Translations under genes and position numbers: made by a program
The notes under the pieces: generated by a model
Told to the model about the DNA's origin: nothing
The model's input: the letters and a program-made list of their open reading frames with translations, nothing else
The model's database searches: none
Origin: an uncultured Lachnospiraceae bacterium
GTDB lineage: Bacteria > Bacillota > Clostridia > Lachnospirales > Lachnospiraceae
Direction of reading: 5' to 3'
DNA: 64,000 bases
Assembly: GCA_910584945.1 (NCBI GenBank)
Contig: CAJUDY010000014.1
Span: forward strand, 9,275-73,274
Part shown: one piece after another, positions 21,048 through 31,043 of the stretch
Position numbering within the stretch: the first letter of the stretch is position 1
How the letters are laid out: the number at the start of each line of letters is the position of its first letter

Positions 21048-23324
21048 ATGGACAGAACAAAACAACATCTTGTGATTACGCTGAAATCAGATCTGTGCGC
21101 CGGTTCCGGTTATTCCTATGCGGGAATTGTGGACAGCGACGTCTGCTATGATATCTACGGCATTCCGTACATACCTGCAAAGCGGTTGAAGGGTTGCTTA
21201 AGAGAGGCGGCGGGCCTGATCGGACTGACCGAAAGCGAGATCGAGCAGATCTTCGGAAAGGCTGGCCGGGAAAAGGCCCAGGGAGTTTTCCTGGGAAACG
21301 CTTATATAGAGGGCTATGAAGAACTGTATCGGGAATTAAAAGAAGCCGGTCCGTTGGTCCGGCAGTATATGACTTCTCAGAATGTGCTGGATCAATTTAC
21401 GATGATCAAGGCTCAGACCAAAATTCTGGAGAACGGGGTGGCAAAGGACAATTCCCTCCGCTATACCCGGACCATCAATCATTACTCGCCGCTTGACAGA
21501 GAGAAGGAGCTTTTGTTCATTGCGGATGTCTGCTGCAGGGAGCTGGATACGCAGGCGATGCAAAATTTTAAGAATACGGTAAAAGCGCTGCGCAAAATCG
21601 GGCTGAACCGCAACCGAGGCCTGGGGAGCGTGACCTGCAGACTGTCAGATCCGGAGACCGTAAAACCGATGGAAATCGACTTCGGCGGCGTGAAGGACGA
21701 AGAAGATTATATACTCACGTATTCGGTGAAAAATCTGGACCCCCTGGTCCTGAATATGGATTATGACGATATCACGGAGAAATACATCAGCGGGCAGACC
21801 GTCATGGGCTGGTTTGCAGGCGCATATCTGCGGGAGGGGAACTCCGAAGATACGGCGGAATTCAGAGAGCTGTTTCTGAAAGATCAGGTGATCTTCAGCG
21901 GACTGTATCCGGAAGACAGAAGCAGTCTGGAAGACGACGGTAAGACCGGCGACATCTATTACCCAGCGCCGGCTTATGTAAATCAACTGAAAAAAACGAA
22001 AAAATATGTCAACACGACAAAGCAGATTCCCGTCAGGCCCGAAGATTGCGCAAAATATCATATAAGTGCGGAATATGCCTCGGGAGAGGGAAATCAGCCG
22101 AAGAAGCTGAAAGGAAAGTTTGTCTGCTTCAAAGAAGACAAGCTTCTTGTAAAAGAAGTGGACACGGATCTTGCCTATCACTATACTAAAAAATCAAAGA
22201 AGCAGAACGCACGGGATGGAGAACTGTTGTTCTCCTTTGAGGCGGTTAGAGAACGTCAGGATTTTACCGGCACAATCCGGGGGAAAGGAAAGTATCTTAA
22301 GGTTCTGGGACGCCTGCTCGAGCAGGGGGAGCTGCGTTTTGGAAAGTCCAAAAGCTCCCAGTACGGAAGATGCGTACTGAACGGGGCGCCGCAGATCAGA
22401 AAGGCGGAAGCGGATACAAAGCGTTACCCCTGCGGAAGCCGGGTTCTGGTCGTCCTTCAGAGCGACGGCATCTTTGTCAATGAGTCCGGGTATACGGCGC
22501 GATGCAAAGAGATACGAGAACAGATCCGGAAAAAGCTGAAAATTCAGGAAAAAGAAAGTCCCGCTCAGGAACGGGAGCCTTATTCGGAGATAGAAGTCAA
22601 GATGCTGACGGGCTACTATTCCAAATGGAACTTAAGAAGGCTGTCTGTTCCGGCAGTCCGGGCGGGAAGCGCATTCGAGTTTGAGCTTTCGGAGGAGCTG
22701 CGGATCTCAGAGAAAGACTTATATGCCGGAATACGTGTGGGAGAGGGCTACGGCAGGCTCCTGGTCATGCCGAATGATGGAAAGAACTTTCGCATACAGG
22801 AGGCAGAAAAGCCGGCTTCGAAGACACAGGAGCTAAAGCACGCCGGAAGACTTTTCGGAAATATCCTGCTGGATGAGATGAAGGAAAGGCTTGGACTGGA
22901 GGCGCTAAGGTACAAAGCGTCCATGAAAAATCCCGCGGCGCTTGGGAGGGTCACGCTGATGCTGTCTGACAGCGTGTTCCTCTATCCGGAGGACCCGGAT
23001 CGGGCGTATGAGAATTTCTGCACCCGGATCGCTTCGATCAAGACAAAAGAGACCCGAACGCAGATTCAGAAAATAAAAAACGAGTGCATCTGCGGGGCGG
23101 CTCATCTGTCGGCGGATCAACTGAAGTATACGGAGAAGATTAAAGATCTGAAAAAAGTATATGAAGAAGAGATCTTAGACAAAGCGGATTCCGAAAAGAT
23201 GCGGGATGCATTTTACAGGGAGCTGAAAAAATTATGGAGTTCTTATCTGATGGGAATTCTGGTGCAGGAGAAGTACAGGCTTAAGCAGAAAGAGCGCCAG
23301 GAAGATCATAACAGTGCGGGCTGA
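21048..23324 (+). CDS. csx10: Csx10-like Cas7-Cas5 RAMP fusion with helical C-terminus (possible fused small subunit)
   Basis: IPAKRLKGCLRE, IGLNRNRGLG, FGKSKSSQYG, GIRVGEGYG Gly-rich loops. Confidence 0.75.
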   Translation: MDRTKQHLVITLKSDLCAGSGYSYAGIVDSDVCYDIYGIPYIPAKRLKGCLREAAGLIGLTESEIEQIFGKAGREKAQGVFLGNAYIEGYEELYRELKEAGPLVRQYMTSQNVLDQFTMIKAQTKILENGVAKDNSLRYTRTINHYSPLDREKELLFIADVCCRELDTQAMQNFKNTVKALRKIGLNRNRGLGSVTCRLSDPETVKPMEIDFGGVKDEEDYILTYSVKNLDPLVLNMDYDDITEKYISGQTVMGWFAGAYLREGNSEDTAEFRELFLKDQVIFSGLYPEDRSSLEDDGKTGDIYYPAPAYVNQLKKTKKYVNTTKQIPVRPEDCAKYHISAEYASGEGNQPKKLKGKFVCFKEDKLLVKEVDTDLAYHYTKKSKKQNARDGELLFSFEAVRERQDFTGTIRGKGKYLKVLGRLLEQGELRFGKSKSSQYGRCVLNGAPQIRKAEADTKRYPCGSRVLVVLQSDGIFVNESGYTARCKEIREQIRKKLKIQEKESPAQEREPYSEIEVKMLTGYYSKWNLRRLSVPAVRAGSAFEFELSEELRISEKDLYAGIRVGEGYGRLLVMPNDGKNFRIQEAEKPASKTQELKHAGRLFGNILLDEMKERLGLEALRYKASMKNPAALGRVTLMLSDSVFLYPEDPDRAYENFCTRIASIKTKETRTQIQKIKNECICGAAHLSADQLKYTEKIKDLKKVYEEEILDKADSEKMRDAFYRELKKLWSSYLMGILVQEKYRLKQKERQEDHNSAG

Positions 23325-23348
23325 GTGGAAAGGCGGATCAATAAAGGG

Positions 23349-24728
23349 ATGATCAGGAAATATTATAAAATCAGGTTTCAGTTGACTTCTCCGCTGTCTG
23401 TGGGATGCGGTAAAAACCAGGTGACAGACAGCGATGTCATTTTGGACAGCAGAGGACTGCCGTATGTGCCGGGCACTTCGCTGGCAGGCGTGTACCGGCG
23501 GATCTTTTCAGATCGGACGGCAGAGACTTATTTTGGAACGAATCTGACAGAGGACCGGATTCGGACGTCCTCCAGGGAAGGGAGAAATGTGCTGACGGAA
23601 AGCAGGATCGCTGTGTACGATGCGCTCATGCTGCCCTTGAAGAACAACTATTCGCTCACAAAGCGCGACATGGTGGCGCTGGACGAATATAAGGTGGCCC
23701 TTCCGGGCGCGAAATTCGATTTTCAGGTACTGGAGCCGGGAGCTGAATTTGTCACCTACATCGAACAGAGTATGGAGAGTGAACAGGAGCAGTACCTTGC
23801 GGATGAAATCGCATATGCCTGGCAGCAGGGGAACATCCGACTGGGGGCTAAGACCGGAAAAGGATTCGGCGCGACAAAAAGTGCAGCGATCTTCTGGCGT
23901 TCCTTTGATCTGACGGACGAAAAAGATCTGGAACGCTGGCTGTCCTTTGATATGTATGAGGAAGATCAGTGGTCTGTCGTCGACACACCCGTCTGCCTGA
24001 GCCGGGAGAAAGACAGTAAAGAGCGGGAGCGATTAAAACAAATTTACGAAGAGGCAGGTATCCGTCTGCGGGAGGACCGACCGGTGTGTATCCGGATCGG
24101 CCTTAGGCAGGCCGGCGGTCTCTCGGTGAGACAGTACACGACGGATGTGGGAGAGGCCGATTATATGCAGATGCGCAGAAAAGACGGCGTACGCGTGATA
24201 CCGGGCACCTCCTGGGCGGGAGCATTTCGCGCCCAGATGGGGAAGCTGAATCCGGACTTTGCGGCGGGCACGGCGATGTCGGAGCTGTTCTTCGGAAAGA
24301 AGAAAGGAAAAAAAGCAGAGGAGAGCAGCAGGACCCGTATTGCGTTCTCGGAGAGCGAGCTGAACGGGGAAAAAGAGATCGTCTATACGAGAAATGCCAT
24401 CGACCGCTTTATGGGAGGAACCGTTGATGGGGCGCTGTATACAGAAAAAACCTGTTATGATGGGACGACGCAGCTGAAGATTCTGTGCAGTTTCGGCGGG
24501 CTGAAAAAAGAGCAAATCGAAAATTTCAGCAAGACGCTGGCCGGTGCGATTCTGGATCTTCACAATGGATTTCTGTCCGTCGGAGGGTTGACGTCTGTGG
24601 GACACGGTCTTTTCCATGTGACAGAGGTCATGATCGATCAGAAGAAGATAAGCTTTCAGGACGGGGATCACGGAGAACCGTATAAAGAATTGTGGTCTGC
24701 GATTGCGGGAGGGGTGGAGACATGTTGA
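23349..24728 (+). CDS. Tandem Cas7 (Csm3-like x2) RAMP
   Basis: Two RAMP units: PYVPGTSLAG...LGAKTGKGFG and IPGTSWAG...VGGLTSVGHG. Confidence 0.85.
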   Translation: MIRKYYKIRFQLTSPLSVGCGKNQVTDSDVILDSRGLPYVPGTSLAGVYRRIFSDRTAETYFGTNLTEDRIRTSSREGRNVLTESRIAVYDALMLPLKNNYSLTKRDMVALDEYKVALPGAKFDFQVLEPGAEFVTYIEQSMESEQEQYLADEIAYAWQQGNIRLGAKTGKGFGATKSAAIFWRSFDLTDEKDLERWLSFDMYEEDQWSVVDTPVCLSREKDSKERERLKQIYEEAGIRLREDRPVCIRIGLRQAGGLSVRQYTTDVGEADYMQMRRKDGVRVIPGTSWAGAFRAQMGKLNPDFAAGTAMSELFFGKKKGKKAEESSRTRIAFSESELNGEKEIVYTRNAIDRFMGGTVDGALYTEKTCYDGTTQLKILCSFGGLKKEQIENFSKTLAGAILDLHNGFLSVGGLTSVGHGLFHVTEVMIDQKKISFQDGDHGEPYKELWSAIAGGVETC

Positions 24729-25213
24729 TTCGCAGTAAAGAAGAATTTAAAACTGGCTTTCAGGAGGCGGCGGCCCGGCTGGGCGAGGGATACCTTATCG
24801 CCATGCTGACGGACCGTCTGTATATCCGGGAACTGGGCCGGGAGGAACCGGACCAGGACGAGTTCTATGAGAAAGCGATGGAGATACGGATGTTCAATGA
24901 AGAAGAGGAGGTGAAGTGGTTCCGCGGTGTTGGCCAGGAGCTTAGATGCCGGGAGAGAAAAGACCGAAAAGAGGATATGGATCCGCTCTTCTTCTGGGAC
25001 GAATGGCAGTATCTGGATATCGACGGGCCGAGATCGAAGCCGGAAAAAGGGATCGCGTATGCCACGGGAGGCGGCAGATACGAACTGCCTCTTGGAGACT
25101 ATAAGGATGCAAAGATAAAGATCCGAAATTATCTGGAGTACGAAGAGGATACCATGCAGTTATATATTTTGGACTGGAGAATCGTTGGATTTTCAAAGGA
25201 AAGGGGGGAATGA
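24722..25213 (+). CDS. csx19: Csx19-like type III-D subunit
   Basis: EIRMFNEEEE, RNYLEY, DWRIVGF motifs; position before the large RAMP. Confidence 0.7.
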   Translation: MLIRSKEEFKTGFQEAAARLGEGYLIAMLTDRLYIRELGREEPDQDEFYEKAMEIRMFNEEEEVKWFRGVGQELRCRERKDRKEDMDPLFFWDEWQYLDIDGPRSKPEKGIAYATGGGRYELPLGDYKDAKIKIRNYLEYEEDTMQLYILDWRIVGFSKERGE

Positions 25214-25216
25214 TCC

Positions 25217-27109
25217 ATGGCACAATATGTGATAAACCGCAGTCAATTCATCAATCCGTACAATTTTGTCCCAGTGGATTTAAAGAACACGAAACGTTCA
25301 AACGCGGTGGAGCGGACAGAAGAGCGGATGACCGGATATTTCCAGTGCCGGCTCCGGTGCCGGACGCCGCTGGCGATCCCCGATACAGAGCATTCAGAGG
25401 AAGTGAAGGGACTGAGGAGTCCGGAGGAGCGAGGACCGCATTATAAGTACCCGTTCTTTTCTGTAAATGACAGGCCTGTGATCCCCGGAAGCGCGGTCCG
25501 GGGCGTGATCCGGAGCGTCTATGAGACGATCACAGATTCCTGTTTCGGTTCTGTACAGGGAAATCCGTCGATCACCGCAAGGAGCAGCAGGGCGTTTCAG
25601 CCGGGGCTTCTGGTAAGGGAGCAGAGCGGGTGGAAGCTGTATCAGGCGAAAAAGTATCTGGTTGTCGTTGACCGCGGGTTTTATAACCAGAGGTCGTTGA
25701 AGGAAATAGGAATTACGTATTATGAGGATCTGTCCTCTCGATATAAAACAGGTGCCGAGGTCTGCTTTGAACCCGCCGTGGACCGAAGCGGAAAAGAGAT
25801 CTCGTATGTCAAAGAAAGAAATGGGAAAAGAATTCTCATTGGTCCGTACGTTAAGAGATTGCAGGCGGATTCGTCTGACCGTGCAGTGCAAAAAGGATAC
25901 ATCTGCATCGGAGAGAAAAGTCCGAGAAGACATTTTCAGGGAGTGTTTCAAAAGGGAGCTCCGGCGCCGAATGTCAGGATCACGGAGGCCGAATTTCAGA
26001 GACTGGAAGATGTTCTGGAAGAATATCGGGACGAGCGGAAAAACAAACTCTATCCGGGCGCGCACAAAGGATATCCCGATTATGCGTATGCCAAAAAGAG
26101 CGGGGTCATTCCTGTCTACTATTCCGTTGAGAAGGGAAAACTGTATATGACGTTTGCCGCGCTGGGAAGAAAGGCATACGATAGGAGATGGAACGACATT
26201 GTCTCCGCAAAATCTCATGACAAATGCGGCAGCCGGACCCGTCTCTGCCCGGCCTGTACACTCTTCGGAACCGCGGAGGGGGACAAGTTCGGAAGCAGGG
26301 TCCGTTTTACTGATGCGGAATATACCGGGAATATGGAGAACGGCCTGAACAGTAGGGGCGTCACTTTTGGCGAACTGGGCTCTCCAAGACCTTCCTACCT
26401 TCCGTTTTATCTGAGGGAACTTGGCGCGAACACGGACTATTCCGCCGGATACGACTCGAACCAGATGGAGATCCGGGGGAGAAAATTCTACTGGCATCAT
26501 GTGCCGGATACAGACCGAAGGGTTCCCAGGAATAATCGGAACGCCACGTTTGAGACAGTCAGGGAAAATGCAGAGTTCAGGTTCCGGATTTATTTTGACG
26601 GCATTACGAAGCGGCAGCTGGAGCTCCTGGCCATGGCGGTTCATCTGGACGAGAACGATTTGGGCGGGCATATGTGCCATAAGATCGGGCACGGAAAGCC
26701 GCTGGGATACGGAAGCGTGAAGATCTGTATCGAAAAATGCATGGTTCGAACGTTCAATTCGGCGGACGGCTGGAAAGAGAATCCGCAGGAGATTCCCTGC
26801 GGCGTCGCATGCCATACTTGTGGAGATAAGACGCTTCGGGCACTGAAGACCATATGTGATTTTGATGCACTCAAACGGTACGGCGAAGTCAGGGTAGAAT
26901 ATCCGGAGATTCTGCTGGATGAGAGATTTGAAAATAAAAGGAAAAGACTAAAGGATAATGTCCTGGCTTCCCACGGATGGTTCACGCAGAATTACCGGTT
27001 GGGCAGCAAAGCGCCGAAACAAAAGCTTCCGGAGATCGTGAGCAGTGATCTGGGGCTAAAGAAATATACGGCCACGAATATTACGAACCGGGATATGAGA
27101 AATAACTAA
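25217..27109 (+). CDS. TIGR03986 family Cas7 RAMP with large insertion (type III-D)
   Basis: FINPYNFV, IPGSAVRGVIRSVYE, LCPACTLFG, RGRKFYWH, IGHGKPLGYG. Confidence 0.88.
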   Translation: MAQYVINRSQFINPYNFVPVDLKNTKRSNAVERTEERMTGYFQCRLRCRTPLAIPDTEHSEEVKGLRSPEERGPHYKYPFFSVNDRPVIPGSAVRGVIRSVYETITDSCFGSVQGNPSITARSSRAFQPGLLVREQSGWKLYQAKKYLVVVDRGFYNQRSLKEIGITYYEDLSSRYKTGAEVCFEPAVDRSGKEISYVKERNGKRILIGPYVKRLQADSSDRAVQKGYICIGEKSPRRHFQGVFQKGAPAPNVRITEAEFQRLEDVLEEYRDERKNKLYPGAHKGYPDYAYAKKSGVIPVYYSVEKGKLYMTFAALGRKAYDRRWNDIVSAKSHDKCGSRTRLCPACTLFGTAEGDKFGSRVRFTDAEYTGNMENGLNSRGVTFGELGSPRPSYLPFYLRELGANTDYSAGYDSNQMEIRGRKFYWHHVPDTDRRVPRNNRNATFETVRENAEFRFRIYFDGITKRQLELLAMAVHLDENDLGGHMCHKIGHGKPLGYGSVKICIEKCMVRTFNSADGWKENPQEIPCGVACHTCGDKTLRALKTICDFDALKRYGEVRVEYPEILLDERFENKRKRLKDNVLASHGWFTQNYRLGSKAPKQKLPEIVSSDLGLKKYTATNITNRDMRNN

Positions 27110-27210
27110 GGAGGACATGGAAGGAGAGATGCTGTGTACGGGAACCGCAGGAGATTCTGTAAGTTCCCGCACGGCAGACAAAATCCGCAAATTGGACAAG
27201 GACATTTTGC

Positions 27211-27379
27211 TTGCATTTTTGTAACATATCGTGTAGAATGAAAAGGTACTCAAATATGAACAAATTGTAAACATGCGCAGTTTTGCTCAGAAAACCGGAA
27301 TTTTCAGAATATTCTGACAATTACCCCCTGAAAACAGTCCCGGAAACCATTGATATTACAGGGTTTTTGAAAGGGTACT
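27211..27379 (+). promoter_or_regulatory. Promoter and leader of CRISPR array 1
   Basis: TTGCAT-17-TAGAAT (27211-27239); 125-bp segment 27255-27379 closely similar to 33911-34035. Confidence 0.8.
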
Positions 27380-28130
27380 GTAGAAATGAGAAAAGCCCGA
27401 TACAGGGCATTGACACTTAACGAGTTACAAGGAGATATTCCATGAATAAAGAAGTAGAAATGAGAAAAGCCCGATACAGGGCATTGACACAATTTCCACA
27501 TGCAGTAAGTACCATAATTGCAACGTAGAAATGAGAAAAGCCCGATACAGGGCATTGACACCTATGTTGTCAGTGCCGGTTGGGGTTTACGGGTTAGTAG
27601 AAATGAGAAAAGCCCGATACAGGGCATTGACACAGTTACTTGCGGTAAGATCTTACTGCTGTTAATAGGTAGAAATGAGAAAAGCCCGATACAGGGCATT
27701 GACACATGGAAATAGATGTCAAAGTACCCATTTCTACAGGCGTAGAAATGAGAAAAGCCCGATACAGGGCATTGACACAATTCTCACGGCTCATATCGAA
27801 TTTTGCCATAAATAGTAGAAATGAGAAAAGCCCGATACAGGGCATTGACACAACTGCAACTGGATAAGAGTCTTTTTAGCTGCAAACTTGGTAGAAATGA
27901 GAAAAGCCCGATACAGGGCATTGACACATCAGTGCCAGTAAGTTAACGGGTTACAGTATCCACGTAGAAATGAGAAAAGCCCGATACAGGGCATTGACAC
28001 GTAATTATGTTACATTTTTCAGGCATTTCGATATCTGGTAGAAATGAGAAAAGCCCGATACAGGGCATTGACACAATCAATAGGTTACATAACTAAAGTT
28101 AACAAGTTACTGTAGAAATGGGAAACGCCC
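27380..28130 (+). CRISPR. CRISPR array 1: 10 identical 37-nt repeats GTAGAAATGAGAAAAGCCCGATACAGGGCATTGACAC, a degenerate terminal repeat and 10 spacers (34-39 nt)
   Basis: Repeats start at 27380, 27454, 27525, 27597, 27669, 27742, 27815, 27891, 27964, 28038; degenerate copy at 28112; GCCC/GGGC stem and 8-nt ATTGACAC handle. Confidence 0.98.
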
Positions 28131-28195
28131 CTCTGTAAAGCACCAGGAAAGAGCATACAGATGCAGAGAAAAATTACCAGGAAGTACAGGACAAG

Positions 28196-28245
28196 AAAGT
28201 CTGTGAAAGAATCCAGAATCACAGGAATCTTTCGCAGACTTTTTT
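28196..28245 (+). terminator. Intrinsic terminator after array 1
   Basis: AAAGTCTGTGAAAGA/TCTTTCGCAGACTTT stem followed by a T-tract. Confidence 0.7.
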
Positions 28246-28442
28246 ATGCCACTATAGTTTGATTGCGGCTGACCGTATGGGATGCTCAGGAATATTCGCG
28301 CCCGCCTAAGGGCATTGTATCTGAGGATCTGAAAAAAAGCGGAAGAAAGGGGGCGGGAGAGGTATTTTGGATGCTTCAGCCGTCAGATGCGCAGTGTACA
28401 GTCACCAGATAAAAGCAGAACAAAAGAGAAAAGGAGAAAACA

Positions 28443-30041
28443 ATGAGAAAGACAACAAACACACCGGAGACAAAAAGAGAACAGACCGAAAAGAAAAGCC
28501 TGATGGAGCTGGCGGAGCACTGGAAACAGCTGGAGCGCAAAACGGCGGAACAGAGAAAGGAGGCGGACGCCTATTATGAGAACATACTTATGGAACCCAT
28601 CGTGGAGGCATTTATCCAGAACAACCGCGCACAGGTGACGGAGCCCGTGGAGTGTCTCATTCTTTCTGTGGGGACCTCATACGAACCGCTGGTCCTGGAT
28701 ATCATGCTGCTGGAGCCCAAACGGGTTCTTTTTTTGTATACGGAAGTTTCCGAACAGTATTTGGCGAAAGTGGTAGACTACTGCGGCCTGAATGCGGCCA
28801 GGTACGAGAAGAGTGTGATCCGTGAGACGGAGCCGCTGGATGTGTACCGGGAGATCAAGAGAGCCTATCTGAAATGGAAGAAACCAGAGAAGATCTATAT
28901 TGATTTCACCGGCGGGACCAAGGCCATGTCAGCCGCGGCAGCTATGGCGGGCGCCATGATCGGCGTGCAGCTGCTTTATGTAGGATGCACGGAATATCTG
29001 GTGGATTTTCGTAAACCCAATCCGGGAACAGAACAAATGTTCTGGATCGATAATCCTCTGGAAGTGTTCGGTGATATCGAGATTGAGAAAGCGCTGACGC
29101 TGTTCGGAGAGTATAACTATGCGGGAGCAGGCGAGCGTCTGCTGACGCTGAAGGAGGACATACCGGACCCGTCCATCCGCCAGGAACTGAACTTTGCGTA
29201 TCTTCTGGCGAAAAGCTATGAAGCGTGGGACGCACTGGATTTTCCAGCGGCATATAAGTACATGCAGCAGCTGAACAGGGAAATCCGAAGAGACAGACGA
29301 ACCCATCGGCAGTTCCTGATGATGGATTACGCAGAACATCTTATCGCACAGGAAGAAGTGCTGTGCAGGCTGATACAGATCCCGAAGTTGATCGCCGGGA
29401 AGAGACAGATGGAAGTTTTGTCTGACCAGCAGTATATCATTCCGCTTATGTTCACCATGTATACCAACGCCTGCGTGCGGGAGATTCAGGAAAAATACGA
29501 CATGGCCACGCTCCTGCTCTATCGTCTACTGGAGATGATCGAGCAGCGGCGCCTGGCGGTATACGGCCTGTACGTATCCCATATGGATTATAAAAACATC
29601 TGTTATAACTTTGAACAGAGGCCAGATCTGAAAGAGCAGTCTCCGGAGGGCTGCTTTTCTCAACTCAAAAATGATATCAATGACATCAAGAGAGCATTAT
29701 ATGGAAGAGATGGGAACGGGTATCTGCCTGAACAGGTCTCGCTTCTGGAAGGATTTGTGATCCTGCTGGCGCTGGGCGATCCCATCAGCAGGGCGGAAAA
29801 CGGCAAACCAGTGGATAAACTGAAACGAATCCGTTCCATGGTATACCTGCGGAATAACAGTATCTTCGCTCACGGACTCGGGCCGGTAGGAAAGACGAAT
29901 TTTGAGAAATTCAAAAAATTCGCGGAAGAAATGTTCCGGGAACTCTGCGCGGTTGAAGATGTGAACTTTGCAGCGGAGAAACGAGTCATGGAGTGGATCA
30001 ATCCTATGGATTCGGAGTATTATTCCAGGACGGAGGCATGA
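28443..30041 (+). CDS. TIGR02710 family CARF-HEPN (Csm6-like) protein
   Basis: LSVGTSYEPL, DFTGGTKAMSA (CARF); HEPN RNNSIFAHG. Confidence 0.85.
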   Translation: MRKTTNTPETKREQTEKKSLMELAEHWKQLERKTAEQRKEADAYYENILMEPIVEAFIQNNRAQVTEPVECLILSVGTSYEPLVLDIMLLEPKRVLFLYTEVSEQYLAKVVDYCGLNAARYEKSVIRETEPLDVYREIKRAYLKWKKPEKIYIDFTGGTKAMSAAAAMAGAMIGVQLLYVGCTEYLVDFRKPNPGTEQMFWIDNPLEVFGDIEIEKALTLFGEYNYAGAGERLLTLKEDIPDPSIRQELNFAYLLAKSYEAWDALDFPAAYKYMQQLNREIRRDRRTHRQFLMMDYAEHLIAQEEVLCRLIQIPKLIAGKRQMEVLSDQQYIIPLMFTMYTNACVREIQEKYDMATLLLYRLLEMIEQRRLAVYGLYVSHMDYKNICYNFEQRPDLKEQSPEGCFSQLKNDINDIKRALYGRDGNGYLPEQVSLLEGFVILLALGDPISRAENGKPVDKLKRIRSMVYLRNNSIFAHGLGPVGKTNFEKFKKFAEEMFRELCAVEDVNFAAEKRVMEWINPMDSEYYSRTEA

Positions 30042-30044
30042 GTC

Positions 30045-31043
30045 ATGGCAGTGCTGTATGTAAAGGAACAGGGGGCTTATGTCCGTCGGAATGAGGAATG
30101 CATTCTGGTAAGCAAAGGAAAGGATACGCTTCTTAAGATCCCAGTGGCAAATCTGGACAATATGGCAGTCATTGGCAGCGTGCAGGTGACGGCGCAGGCG
30201 CTGCAAATGTTGATGACGAGAGGGGTGGACGTGAATTATTTTTCACGCTCGGGGAAATATCTGGGCTGCACGGCGGCAGAGGCCTCCAGAAATATCTTCC
30301 TCCGGCTGGCGCAGTATGAAGTCTGGAACGATCTGGAGCGGAGACTGGAGGTGGCGCGCCGGATTGTGGACAACAAGATTCGGAATCAGATGACCATGAT
30401 CCGGAGATTTCATTTTGACAGGGATGCCTATGCCTGGCAGCCGGACGTGGAGAAGATGGAGAGCTGTCTGGAAAAGCTTCCGGATAGACGAACGTCCAGT
30501 GAGATTCTGGGCATAGAAGGTATCTGCAGTAATATTTATTTCGGAGCCTTTGGACATATGTTTCGGTGTGAGTTTGAATTTCGGGGCAGGAACCGGAGAC
30601 CGCCCCGTGATCCGATCAATGTCATGATCAGCCTGGGTTATACATTTCTGACGAAAGAGGTCAACAACGCGCTGGACGCGGAATCCTTTGAAATGTATCT
30701 GGGATTTCTTCACGGTATCCGCTATGGAAGAAAGTCTCTGGCGCTGGATATGGTGGAGGAATTCCGCCAGCCGGTGGTGGACCGCCTTGTGATTCGGCTT
30801 TTCAACAAACGCATGATCACGGAGTATGATTTCTCCGCGGAGGAGGATCAGATTCTGCTGAATGAGGACGGTTTTCAAAAATTCTGCCGGGAGTTCGAGC
30901 GCTGGATGACGGATAAAAGCTTTTCAGAAGGAGAGATGAGCTTCCGGTCCAGAATCCGGGAACAGGTCAGTCTCCTGAAGAAGGCGGTGCAGACCGGCGC
31001 GGATTATGTACCGTTTCGTTGGGAGGGGTCTACATGTATTTAG
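30045..31043 (+). CDS. cas1: CRISPR integrase Cas1
   Basis: GIEG, RNRRPPRDPINVMISLGY, GFLH, SLALDMVEEFR. Confidence 0.96.
   Translation: MAVLYVKEQGAYVRRNEECILVSKGKDTLLKIPVANLDNMAVIGSVQVTAQALQMLMTRGVDVNYFSRSGKYLGCTAAEASRNIFLRLAQYEVWNDLERRLEVARRIVDNKIRNQMTMIRRFHFDRDAYAWQPDVEKMESCLEKLPDRRTSSEILGIEGICSNIYFGAFGHMFRCEFEFRGRNRRPPRDPINVMISLGYTFLTKEVNNALDAESFEMYLGFLHGIRYGRKSLALDMVEEFRQPVVDRLVIRLFNKRMITEYDFSAEEDQILLNEDGFQKFCREFERWMTDKSFSEGEMSFRSRIREQVSLLKKAVQTGADYVPFRWEGSTCI

Noticed and set aside
27304..27851. Short ORFs with repeated SMPCIGLFSF / RNEKSPIQGIDT peptides (similar ones at 34106-34335)
   Set aside because: Translations of CRISPR repeats, not genes
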